Origin: Burkholderiales bacterium
GTDB taxonomy: Bacteria; Pseudomonadota; Gammaproteobacteria; Burkholderiales; SG8-39
Assembly (NCBI GenBank): GCA_041635755.1
Contig: JBFKUL010000003.1
Location: 1 to 32,382, forward strand
Length of the DNA stretch: 32,382 nucleotides
Reading direction: 5' to 3'
Part shown: piece by piece, positions 18,545-26,796 of the stretch
Position numbering within the stretch: the stretch's first letter is position 1
How the letters are laid out: each line of letters opens with the position of its first letter
Program-made: the position numbers and the translations under genes
Notes under the pieces: model-generated
Told to the model about the DNA's origin: nothing
Database searches by the model: none
What the model saw: the letters and a program-made list of their open reading frames with translations, nothing else

Positions 18545-19264
18545 TCAGGGAATCTGCACCGCGCTCATGCGCGCGCGGATGGTGTCGATGCGCCCAACGA
18601 GGTACGGGGTGCGCTCGCCGCGCTCGTAGCGGCGCGGGCTCGGCAGCACGGCGGCCAGCCACGCCGCCTGCTCGGCATCGAGCGAGGCGGCGGTAATGCC
18701 GAAATGGTGACGTGCCGCGGCTTCGGCACCGAACACTTCGTCGCCCCACTCGGCGACGTTCAGGTAGAGCTCGAGGATGCGGCGCTTGCTCAGCGTCGTC
18801 TCGAGCATCCACGTGATGATCGCTTCCTGGCCCTTCCTCACCCAGGAACGCTTGCCCGAAAGGAACAGGTTTTTCGCCAATTGCTGGCTGATGGTCGATG
18901 CGCCCGAAACGACCCGCCCGCGGCGTTCGTTTTTTTCGATCGCCTTCTGAATCGCCTCCCAGTCGAAGCCCTCATGGTCGATGAACTTCGCATCCTCGGC
19001 GGCGACCACCGCGCGCTTGAGCTGCGTTGAAATACGCTCGTACGGCACCCAGTGCTGGCGCAGTCGCGCGCGGGGCGACTTCTCCTGCAGACGTTCGAGC
19101 CGTGCCTGCATGAACGCCGTGGCGGACGGGTTTTGCCAGTTCCACCAGAGCACGTGGGCGTAGTACCAGGCCTGCACCGCGAACACCACGAAGACCAGGG
19201 CGCCCACGGTGTAGCTGAGTGCCCTCAGTGCCCGCCGGACGACGCTCCGCGTACGCCTCGCCAT
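18545..19264 (-). CDS. mtgA: Monofunctional peptidoglycan glycosyltransferase
   Basis: GT51 motifs AED..F..H.GFD, GASTISQQLAKNL, RK..E, K.RILELYLN; N-terminal TM. Start ATG 19264. Confidence 0.94.
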   Translation of the reverse strand: MARRTRSVVRRALRALSYTVGALVFVVFAVQAWYYAHVLWWNWQNPSATAFMQARLERLQEKSPRARLRQHWVPYERISTQLKRAVVAAEDAKFIDHEGFDWEAIQKAIEKNERRGRVVSGASTISQQLAKNLFLSGKRSWVRKGQEAIITWMLETTLSKRRILELYLNVAEWGDEVFGAEAAARHHFGITAASLDAEQAAWLAAVLPSPRRYERGERTPYLVGRIDTIRARMSAVQIP

Positions 19265-19269
19265 GACCC

Positions 19270-20076
19270 TCAGCGCGCGCGCAGCGCGGCGAGCACCGGG
19301 CCCGTGGCGGGCCGCACGCCACGCCACAGAAAGAACGATTCGGCCGCCTGCTCGACCAGCATGCCGCTGCCGTCGCACGCATGCGCGCCTTCTGCGCGCG
19401 CCCAGGCGAGGAACGGCGTGTCGTGGCCGTACACCATGTCGTAAGCGAATCCCCGGGAGGCGATCAACCGCGCAGGCAACGCGGGCGCCTCCCCCGTGAG
19501 CCCCGCGGAGGTGGCGTTGACAATCAGCTCGAAGGACTCCCCAGCGAGCGCGTCGTAAGCGCAGGCCGAGACCGCTGCCGCCGCCAGGCGCTTCGCCAAG
19601 GCGCGCGCCTTGGCGATCGTGCGGTTGGCAATCACGAGACGCGCCACCCCCGCATCGAGCAGCGGCGCGGCCACGCCTTGCGCCGCACCGCCCGCGCCCA
19701 TCAGCAGGACGCGTTTGCCCGCGAGCGCGATACCGAGGTTTGCCTGGAGGTCGCGCACCAGGCCGACGCCATCGGTGTTGTCGCCGCGCGGCGCCGGGCC
19801 GTCGAGCACCAGCGTGTTGACGGCCAGTGCAGCACGCGCCCGCTCGCTGAGTGCCGCGCAATAGCGGTACGCCTGGTCCTTGAACGGCAGCGTGACATTC
19901 GCACCGCGACCGCCCGCCGCGCGAAAAGCGTCGACCGTGCGCGCAAAACCCTCGAGCGGCGCCTCGATGCGCCGGTAGTCGATATCCTGGCCGGTCTGGC
20001 GCGCGAACTCGGCGTGAATCCACGGCGACTTCGAGTGCGCCACCGGATTTCCGATCACTGCGTAGCGATCCGCCAT
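19270..20076 (-). CDS. aroE: Shikimate dehydrogenase
   Basis: GNPVAHSKSP, G.NVT.PFK, NTDG, GAGGAA, NRT, NATS, GMLV.QAA. Confidence 0.96.
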   Translation of the reverse strand: MADRYAVIGNPVAHSKSPWIHAEFARQTGQDIDYRRIEAPLEGFARTVDAFRAAGGRGANVTLPFKDQAYRYCAALSERARAALAVNTLVLDGPAPRGDNTDGVGLVRDLQANLGIALAGKRVLLMGAGGAAQGVAAPLLDAGVARLVIANRTIAKARALAKRLAAAAVSACAYDALAGESFELIVNATSAGLTGEAPALPARLIASRGFAYDMVYGHDTPFLAWARAEGAHACDGSGMLVEQAAESFFLWRGVRPATGPVLAALRAR

Positions 20077-20102
20077 ATTGCGCTATTCGTTCCTAAGGAC
20101 GA

Positions 20103-20171
20103 CTGCCGTCGGCGAGCGGGAATTCCGCGGCGACCGGCAGGGCGCGGAAGGCTCCGGTGCAAAGCGCCGGA
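20103..20171. repeat. Two adjacent stem-loops in the tonB-aroE spacer
   Basis: CTGCC-GTCG..GCGG..CCGC..CGAC-C-GGCAG (20103-20140) and TCCGGTGC-AAA-GCGCCGGA (20153-20171). Confidence 0.45.
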
Positions 20172-20207
20172 AGGGGCCCGACCCTCCTGCTCCGGCCTTG
20201 TGGCTCG

Positions 20208-21125
20208 CTACTCCGTCCAGATCTTGTCTCCCTGCCCGAAGAACCACGTGCGGGTGATCACCAGCAGATCGGTGTCGCGGCGGATGCTGGCGGGAAACGG
20301 CGCAAACGGCGAGGCCATGCGCACGATCTTGAAGGCGGCGGCGTCGAGCACCTTGAGACCCGAGGAGCGGTCGAGCTCGACCGCCTCGACCGAACCATCC
20401 GGTTTGATGGTCACCGTGAGGCGCAGGTTCCCGTACAGCTTGCCCCGCGCCTCCGCCGGATAGTTGAGCGTACCGACGCGCTCGATTTTGTGGCGCCAGT
20501 CCTCCTCGTACTGTGCAAAGCGGTATTCGGAGGCGCGAGCGCCGATGAACTTCTTTCTCGGCCGTTTCTGATAATCATCGATCTGCCGGTCGATCTGCGC
20601 CTGCAGCCGCATCGCGGCAAGCGACAAGTCGGCCAGGTCACGTCCGCTGAGTTTCGGCGCCGCTTCCTCGACAGGCACGGGCACCGGCTTGGGCGGCTCG
20701 GGCGGCACGGCGCTGCGCGCCTCTCGCGCCTGCGCGAGGAGGCGCTGCTGCTGCGCCTCGAGCTGCTGCACGCGCACTTGCGCCTGCGCCAAGTCCTTGC
20801 CCGGATCGGGCGGCTTGGCCACCCGCAGCGGCGACTTGGCACGACGGTTCTCCTCGGTGTCGCCGCCGCGGTCGAGGTTCACCTGCGCCAGCGCCTCCGC
20901 CTTGACAGGCTTCTCCTCGGTCTTGGCGTTGACCAGGATCACTTCGAGCGCCTGATTCGCCTTGTCGACGCGCAGCGACGCGGGAAACTGGAAGTGAAAC
21001 GAGAGCGCAACGCTGTGCAGCAACAGCGACGCCGCGAACGAAGCGGCCAGCACGCGCGATTGACGGTCCAGACCCGCCCAGAAATCGAGCGGGTGAAGAA
21101 TCGGGCTCGCGAAAGTTGCCTGCAA
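20208..21125 (-). CDS. TonB-family energy transducer (TonB3-like)
   Basis: TM with SxxxH (SLLLH), LAQ.NL..GG segment, Pro-rich linker, C-terminal TonB domain (NYP..AR....G, SSG..VLD.AA..IV....PF.PFP). TTG start uncertain. Confidence 0.85.
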   Translation of the reverse strand: MQATFASPILHPLDFWAGLDRQSRVLAASFAASLLLHSVALSFHFQFPASLRVDKANQALEVILVNAKTEEKPVKAEALAQVNLDRGGDTEENRRAKSPLRVAKPPDPGKDLAQAQVRVQQLEAQQQRLLAQAREARSAVPPEPPKPVPVPVEEAAPKLSGRDLADLSLAAMRLQAQIDRQIDDYQKRPRKKFIGARASEYRFAQYEEDWRHKIERVGTLNYPAEARGKLYGNLRLTVTIKPDGSVEAVELDRSSGLKVLDAAAFKIVRMASPFAPFPASIRRDTDLLVITRTWFFGQGDKIWTE

Positions 21126-21153
21126 ACGCGCCTCGGTGAATGCGGTCGCGGAT

Positions 21154-21159
21154 ATTGTA
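21154..21159 (-). promoter_or_regulatory. -10 box (TACAAT) for the tonB-like gene
   Basis: TACAAT in the 39-bp spacer after the RNB stop. Confidence 0.45.
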
Positions 21160-21164
21160 GGGCT

Positions 21165-23048
21165 TTAGCGCTCGAGCGGGGCGTCCTGCGACACACTCTC
21201 GGCGGGCACTGCAACGAGCGTCTCGCGATAGGTGCACGCGAGGGTCAGCTCGAGCAGATCAACCTCGCCCAGCTCGAGGCGCACGCGCACGCCCGGCTCG
21301 AGCACCGGCAGCGACGGCACCCGCTGGGTGAGCGGCATGCGATCCAGGCGCACCACGTTTTCCCGCAATACCGTCGCCTCGATCGAGGTCACCCGCTCCT
21401 GCAGCAGCCAGCGCAGGCACCAGTAATCCTCCATGGTGCGCTGATGCTCGTCATAACGCGCATGCGTCACTTCATAAGCGCGCACGGCGGAGAGCAGCGT
21501 TTCGGAGTTGCGCGCAAAAGGAGGGCGGCGCCCGGCAAGCGATGCCGCGAGCTGCCACTGGTTCAGAAGATCGACGTAGCGCCGCAGCGGCGAGCTCATC
21601 CAGGCGTAGCACGATACCCCAAGGCCTTCGTGCCCTTCCGGGTGCACGCTCATGCGCACCTTGCCCGAGGATTGCACCCGAAAGATCGCCGCAACGTCGC
21701 GCTCGGCAAGCTGCTCGCCCCAGGACGTGTTGGCAAGGATCATCAGCTCGGAAACCAGCTTGTCGAGCGGCGCGCCGCGCCGGCGCGGCTCGATCCTGAT
21801 GCGGGCGCCCTCGACGCGGAACACATAGTCGAGCACCCCCGTATTGACGCTTGGCTTGCCGCGTGTGGCTTCGAGCGCGTTCGCCAGGCGCCACAGCGTG
21901 CGTAGCTCGTCCTCGTAGGCAAGGCCGGCCTTGCCACCGGACTCGAAGGCCTGGTTGATGACCTCGTAGTCGGAATGGCGGAGGTTGGCCGCGACTCGAA
22001 TGCGTTCCAGACGCGAGTGCCGGCCACGCACCGTCAGATCGCCCGCCGCCACGTTCAGATACAGCGACACCGCCGGCCGCACGCCGCCGGCATCGAGCGA
22101 GAAACGCTCGATGACGTCCGGCGGCAGCATGGTGAACTTGTGGCCCGGCATGTACGCGGTCATCAGACGCTCGCGCGCGATCGCATCGAGCGCCGAGCCG
22201 GGCGCGAAGCCGAGCGCCGGGGCCGCGATGTGGATGCCGACTCGCAGCTCGTCCTCCGAGACCCGCGTCACGGAAAAGGCGTCGTCGATCTCGATCGTGC
22301 CGATGTCATCGAGACTGAAGGCATCGACCTCGGCGAGCGGCAGCTCCTCGGGCAGCAAAGGCGCCCCGTGCGGGGGAAACGAGGTGCCGCGCGGGAAGAA
22401 CTCGAACAGGAAGCGGTTGAGGTGAAAATCGTGACTGTCCGCGATCAGGCCGCAGCGATCGAGCAGGCGCGTCGGCGTCAGGCCGGACTGCTTGCACGCC
22501 TGCTCGAACGCTTTGGTTTGCGGCTTATTGCGGTCCGGCGCGTAGAGCAGCTCGTCGCGCAGCGCCGCGATCTCAGGCGGGCACTCGAAACGCAGCAGCC
22601 GCTCGGCCCAGGCAGCGATGTCCTCCTGGATACGCTTTTTCTTCTCGATGCTGGCGAGCGCGACCTTCAGCGTTTCCTCGGGCGCCGCCTGGTAGCGCCC
22701 GCGCCCGCGCCGATAGAAATACATCGGCGCCGAGTGCAACTTGAAAAGTACGCCGGCCGCCTCCCGCGGGTGCGGCTCGCGGCCGACGTATTCGCGCGCC
22801 AGCTCGCCGAACGTGAACTCGCCTCGGCCGCAGCACTGCCACAGGAAGTCGGTATCGAGCTCGCCGGCGAAAGCGTGCGCCTGTTCGAGCAGCTCCGCGC
22901 CGCTGGGCCGCTCGAAATGCATCAGCACATTCGCCGCCTTGACCTTGGAGCGCTTGCCGTGCGGGCTTTCCACCTGCACCGAAGCGGGTGCCTGCGCGAG
23001 TACCGCGCCCACCTTGAACTCGCCGTCTTCCTCGTAGAGAACTTGCAT
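21165..23048 (-). CDS. RNB-domain exoribonuclease (RNase II/R family)
   Basis: Catalytic segment SLDD.GT.EIDDAFS, GIHIA, ELMILAN, H.GLG...Y...SSPLRRYVDL. Start reassigned to ATG 23048. Confidence 0.92.
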   Translation of the reverse strand: MQVLYEEDGEFKVGAVLAQAPASVQVESPHGKRSKVKAANVLMHFERPSGAELLEQAHAFAGELDTDFLWQCCGRGEFTFGELAREYVGREPHPREAAGVLFKLHSAPMYFYRRGRGRYQAAPEETLKVALASIEKKKRIQEDIAAWAERLLRFECPPEIAALRDELLYAPDRNKPQTKAFEQACKQSGLTPTRLLDRCGLIADSHDFHLNRFLFEFFPRGTSFPPHGAPLLPEELPLAEVDAFSLDDIGTIEIDDAFSVTRVSEDELRVGIHIAAPALGFAPGSALDAIARERLMTAYMPGHKFTMLPPDVIERFSLDAGGVRPAVSLYLNVAAGDLTVRGRHSRLERIRVAANLRHSDYEVINQAFESGGKAGLAYEDELRTLWRLANALEATRGKPSVNTGVLDYVFRVEGARIRIEPRRRGAPLDKLVSELMILANTSWGEQLAERDVAAIFRVQSSGKVRMSVHPEGHEGLGVSCYAWMSSPLRRYVDLLNQWQLAASLAGRRPPFARNSETLLSAVRAYEVTHARYDEHQRTMEDYWCLRWLLQERVTSIEATVLRENVVRLDRMPLTQRVPSLPVLEPGVRVRLELGEVDLLELTLACTYRETLVAVPAESVSQDAPLER

Positions 23049-23069
23049 GTCGCGCGCGGGAAACAGACG

Positions 23070-23075
23070 ATTATA
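23070..23075 (-). promoter_or_regulatory. -10 box (TATAAT) for the RNB gene
   Basis: Perfect TATAAT 21 nt upstream of ATG 23048. Confidence 0.6.
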
Positions 23076-23111
23076 GGCGAGCCGGCGCGCGCGCCGACCC
23101 ACGCCGCGCGA

Positions 23112-23684
23112 TCAGGCGCGCTCGAGTCCCGCGAACGCGACAATGCGCGGCAGATGCTCCGCAAAGGACTGCATCGTGTGGTCGCCGCCGTCGCGGATGA
23201 TGCAGCGTGCACCCTCGTACCTGCGGGCGGCCTCGCGCCAGTCGAGCACCTCGTCGCCCGTCTCGAGCAGTAGCAGGTAGCGCTCTGGATCGACGCGCGG
23301 CACTTCCAGCGCGCGCCAAGCTTCGAGGTGCTCGCGGGTCAGTGCGTAGCGCTCGCCCGTATAAAGGTTTTGCTGCGCCCCGAGCTCGCGCTCCAGTCCG
23401 AGATGCGGCCGGATCGCCGGGTTGACCAGTACCGCGCGCGCCGCGTGGCGCTCTGCGAACCAGGTGGCGTAGAAGCCTCCGAGCGAGCTTCCGACAAAGG
23501 TTACGTGCCTCGTGTCGTGACGCGCGAGCTCGCCCTCGATGACACGCACGGCCTCCCACGGCAGGTGCGGCAACGCCGGGCACACGAAGCGCGGGCCCAG
23601 GCCGCGCGCCTCCATATACGTCTGCAGGGTGCGTGCCTTATGCGAGGACGGCGCACTATTGAAGCCGTGCAGATAGAGAATCAT
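23112..23684 (-). CDS. yqiA: YqiA/YcfP family alpha/beta hydrolase (esterase)
   Basis: LYLHGFNS, nucleophile GSSLG, DEVLD, GGDH. Start ATG 23684. Confidence 0.9.
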   Translation of the reverse strand: MILYLHGFNSAPSSHKARTLQTYMEARGLGPRFVCPALPHLPWEAVRVIEGELARHDTRHVTFVGSSLGGFYATWFAERHAARAVLVNPAIRPHLGLERELGAQQNLYTGERYALTREHLEAWRALEVPRVDPERYLLLLETGDEVLDWREAARRYEGARCIIRDGGDHTMQSFAEHLPRIVAFAGLERA

Positions 23685-23718
23685 GCGCCGGGCGTCCAAC
23701 GCTCGGGCGCATCCGTCC

Positions 23719-24051
23719 TCAGGCTTCGCTTCGGGGCGGCGTGGCGCGGCGCGAGATCGGAAAGACGAACAGGTTGCGCAGCATCCCGCCCAGCGTCACA
23801 ACGAACAGAAAAGCGGTGCCGCTTGCCATGATCGCGAGATAGGTGGCGAGACCCGGCTCGTCGACCTTCGCCTGCAAGGCATGGCCGTACAGGACGCTGC
23901 CCACGAGCCAGGCCGCAACGAGGGCCAGCGCCAGGATGCCCGCATTGCATGCCAGCAACCGCCGCGGGGGGACGCCGGTCGGATTGGCGTGGAAGAAACC
24001 CCAAATCACGATGCCCAGCAGAAACGCCAGAATCAGAAGCATGAAATGCAT
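23719..24051 (-). CDS. Hypothetical small membrane protein (about 110 aa, three hydrophobic segments)
   Basis: GGGGGAGGG RBS before ATG 24051; hydrophobic stretches LLILAFLLGIVIWGFF, AGILALALVAAWLVGSVLY and LAIMASGTAFLFVVTLGGML; fits between mpl and yqiA. Confidence 0.75.
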   Translation of the reverse strand: MHFMLLILAFLLGIVIWGFFHANPTGVPPRRLLACNAGILALALVAAWLVGSVLYGHALQAKVDEPGLATYLAIMASGTAFLFVVTLGGMLRNLFVFPISRRATPPRSEA

Positions 24052-24118
24052 GCCACCCTCCCCCGAAACCAAGTGCCGCGAAGGCTACGCCGGCGTTCAT
24101 GCCCTGCCTTGATCTGGA

Positions 24119-25477
24119 TCAGAGCCCGCCCGCGAGGCGCTCGAGCAGCTTGTCGTGCAGACCCCCGAAGCCGCCGTTCGACATGACCAGAACATGGTCC
24201 CCAGGCCGCGCCTGCGCGGCGATCGCAGAGACCAGCGCAGCGAGCTCACCGATGCAGTGGGCGCGCCCGCCGAGCGGCCGCAACAGGGTGCGTGCGTCCC
24301 AGCCGAGGTTGGCGTCGAACACGAAGATGAGATCCGCCTGCGCAAGGCTCTCGACGAGCGCTTCCTTCATGACGCCCTGGCGCATGGTGTTGGAGCGCGG
24401 CTCGAGCACTGCCAGAATGCGGGCCCCGCGCACGCTGCGCCGCAGCCCCTCGATGGTGCCCCGCACCGCCGTGGGATGGTGCGCGAAATCATCGTAGACG
24501 CTTACCCCTCGCGCGCGGCCGCGCAATTCCATACGCCGGCGCACGCCCGAAAAACTGGCGAGCGCCTCGATCGCCGCCGCGGGCGCGACCCCAGCATGAC
24601 GAGCGGCCGCGATCGCCGCGAGCGCGTTCATGCGGTTGTACTCCCCGAGCTGGGACCAGCGCACTCTGCCCAGCGGCTCGCCCTGCCACGCCACCGCGAA
24701 GCCCCCCTCGGCGTCCGGCGCTCCCGCTTCCCAGCCGCCCGCGACCCCGAGTTGCTCGACCGGGGTCCAGCAACCTTTCGCCAGGACCCGTGCAATGGAC
24801 GCCTCACGGCCGTTGGCAATGACCAGGCCGGACTTGGGCACGATCCGCACGAAATGGTGAAATTGACGCTCGATAGCGGCAAGATCGTCGAAGATATCTG
24901 CATGATCGAACTCTAAATTATTCAGGATTGCGGTTCGGGGACGGTAGTGGACGAACTTCGAGCGCTTGTCGAAAAACGCGGTGTCGTACTCGTCGGCCTC
25001 GATGACGAAGAGGTCGGAGACGCTGTGGCGCGCGGAAAGTGAGAAATCGAGCGGTACCCCACCGATCAGGAAACCCGGAGAGCGGCCCGCCCGCTCGAGG
25101 ATCCAGGCAAGCATCGACGCCGTTGTGGTTTTGCCGTGCGTGCCAGCCACGGCCAGCACGTGCCGACCGTGGAGCATGTGATCGGCGAGCCATTGTGGGC
25201 CGGATACGTAGCGCTCGCCCCGATCGAGAATCGCTTCCATCAGCGGATTGCCGCGGGTGACGACGTTGCCGATCACCCAGACATCCGGCGACAGGGCAAT
25301 CTGCTCGGCGCCGTAGCCCTGAACCAGCTCGATGCCCAGCGCTTCCAGCTGCGCGCTCATCGGTGGATAGACATTCGCGTCGCAGCCGGTGACGCGATGG
25401 CCCGCGGCCTGCGCGAGCGCTGCGATACCGCCCATGAATGTGCCGCAGATGCCGAGAATATGCAGGTGGACGGCCAT
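24119..25477 (-). CDS. mpl: Murein peptide ligase (UDP-MurNAc:L-Ala-gamma-D-Glu-mDAP ligase)
   Basis: HILGICGTFMGG, P-loop GTHGKTTT, EADEYD.AFFDKRSKF, DDFAHHP, EPRSNTM, MSNGGFGG. Confidence 0.96.
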   Translation of the reverse strand: MAVHLHILGICGTFMGGIAALAQAAGHRVTGCDANVYPPMSAQLEALGIELVQGYGAEQIALSPDVWVIGNVVTRGNPLMEAILDRGERYVSGPQWLADHMLHGRHVLAVAGTHGKTTTASMLAWILERAGRSPGFLIGGVPLDFSLSARHSVSDLFVIEADEYDTAFFDKRSKFVHYRPRTAILNNLEFDHADIFDDLAAIERQFHHFVRIVPKSGLVIANGREASIARVLAKGCWTPVEQLGVAGGWEAGAPDAEGGFAVAWQGEPLGRVRWSQLGEYNRMNALAAIAAARHAGVAPAAAIEALASFSGVRRRMELRGRARGVSVYDDFAHHPTAVRGTIEGLRRSVRGARILAVLEPRSNTMRQGVMKEALVESLAQADLIFVFDANLGWDARTLLRPLGGRAHCIGELAALVSAIAAQARPGDHVLVMSNGGFGGLHDKLLERLAGGL

Positions 25478-25499
25478 GGCGCGCGGCGAAAAGGCTCGG

Positions 25500-25547
25500 A
25501 TTGTACGCGATGCGCGCGGCGCCCGAGTCCCGACCCTGCGCTATGAT
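25500..25547. promoter_or_regulatory. Back-to-back divergent promoters: TACAAT (-, 25500-25505, mpl) and TATGAT (+, 25542-25547, hypothetical/tlpA)
   Basis: Two -10-like hexamers 36 bp apart in the divergent spacer. Confidence 0.5.
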
Positions 25548-25606
25548 CTGCGTGTGCGGAGCCATGGCTCCGCGCTTTCATCCAATGCTGCGATGAGGAC
25601 GCTGCG

Positions 25607-26242
25607 ATGACGCGCAACCGGTCGCGCCAGTACAGCGTGCGCGCGAGGATCGCCGCCGCCGCCGCCCGCATCATGGCCGAGGACGGGATCGACGATTTCG
25701 CCCTCGCCAAGAGAAAGGCGGCGCGCCAGCTCGGCGCCGAAGACACGCAGTCGCTGCCCGCAAATGACGAGGTGGAGGCCGAGCTGCGTGCCTACCACGC
25801 GCTGTACCAGGCCGAAGAGCACCCGGGCCGCATCGTCGAGCTGCGACGCGTCGCGCTCGATGCCATGCGTTCGCTCGAGCGCTTCAACCCCTACCTGACC
25901 GGCCCGGTGCTCAAGGGCATCGCTGGACGCTATGCGGAGATCGATCTTCAGCTTTTTCCCGACAACGCCAAGGAGGTGGAGCTGTTCCTGCTCGATCGCA
26001 GCATCCCCTACTCGGCGAGCGAGGTGCGACGCTACTCGGGAGATCGCGTGCGTACGGTGAGTGTGCTTTCACTTACCTGGCAAGGAGCGAGTCTCAAGCT
26101 GTCGGTGTTCGACCCACGCGATGAGCGTCTAACGCTGAAGACCTCGCAGAGCGGTCGGGTCATGGACCGGGCCGGAATCTCGGAGGTCGGCGCCCTACTC
26201 GACGAAGGAGGTGGACCCGGCCATGGCGCTCGGTCGGCGTGA
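25607..26242 (+). CDS. Conserved hypothetical protein with a degenerate nucleotidyltransferase-like motif
   Basis: Helical N-terminus (R..IA..AARIMAEDG..DF..AKRKAA..LG...LP.N.EVE), then LTGPVL.G.A....EIDLQLF, which resembles hG[GS]x9-13Dh[DE]h; GAGGA RBS. Confidence 0.8.
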   Translation: MTRNRSRQYSVRARIAAAAARIMAEDGIDDFALAKRKAARQLGAEDTQSLPANDEVEAELRAYHALYQAEEHPGRIVELRRVALDAMRSLERFNPYLTGPVLKGIAGRYAEIDLQLFPDNAKEVELFLLDRSIPYSASEVRRYSGDRVRTVSVLSLTWQGASLKLSVFDPRDERLTLKTSQSGRVMDRAGISEVGALLDEGGGPGHGARSA

Positions 26243-26750
26243 GTGGCTGATCCTCGGCAGCGTCGGTGTCGCTGCGGCCACGGCGGGTGCGCTGGTGGGT
26301 CCGATGTTGGTGCAGTCGCGCAGCGGCGCCGCCGACCTCCTGGCGGCGAGCTTCCCCGACCTGGCGGGTCGCCCACGCAAGCTGCTCGACTGGCAAGGCA
26401 AGGTCTTGGTGTGCAATTTTTGGGCGACTTGGTGTGCGCCCTGTCGCGAAGAGATCCCCCTGTTTGCCTCAGCGCGCGAGAGATTTTCTGCAAACGGCGT
26501 CGAAATTGTCGGTATCGGCATAGATAATGCGGCCAAAATCTCAGAATTTGTAAAGTTGCTTAACATCGTCTATCCGATCCTGGTAGCCGGAGCCGAGGCC
26601 CTCGACCTGATGCGCAAGCTGGGAAATACTGCGGGCGGCCTGCCCTTCACCGTATTCCTGGACCGTCAGGGTCGGCTTGCGCACCGCAAGCTTGGGCCGA
26701 TCAATGCCGCAGAGATCGAGGAGCAGCTTCTCAGGTTGCTGCAGTCGTAG
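26223..26750 (+). CDS. TlpA/ResA family thioredoxin-like disulfide reductase
   Basis: NFWATWCAPC..E.P, cis-Pro GLPFT.F.D; N-terminal anchor or signal peptide (MALGRREWLILG...). Confidence 0.92.
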   Translation: MALGRREWLILGSVGVAAATAGALVGPMLVQSRSGAADLLAASFPDLAGRPRKLLDWQGKVLVCNFWATWCAPCREEIPLFASARERFSANGVEIVGIGIDNAAKISEFVKLLNIVYPILVAGAEALDLMRKLGNTAGGLPFTVFLDRQGRLAHRKLGPINAAEIEEQLLRLLQS

Positions 26751-26796
26751 GGCCCTGGCAGAGCGCAGCGGTGCGGCTACGGCAGCGAAGTTGCGC

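Noticed and set aside
20141-20200. GCAAAGC...TCCGGCC resembling part of a c-di-GMP-I riboswitch
   Set aside because: The P2 GGCAAAC..GAAA stem and P1 closure are missing, and it is antisense to the flanking genes.
20157-23273. Plus-strand ORFs of 582 and 432 aa opposite the tonB-like and RNB genes
   Set aside because: Antisense shadow frames with no family signature.
23681-24100. 139-aa alternative minus-strand ORF ending at the yqiA start
   Set aside because: It overlaps the hydrophobic 110-aa ORF in another frame, which has a better RBS and more protein-like composition.
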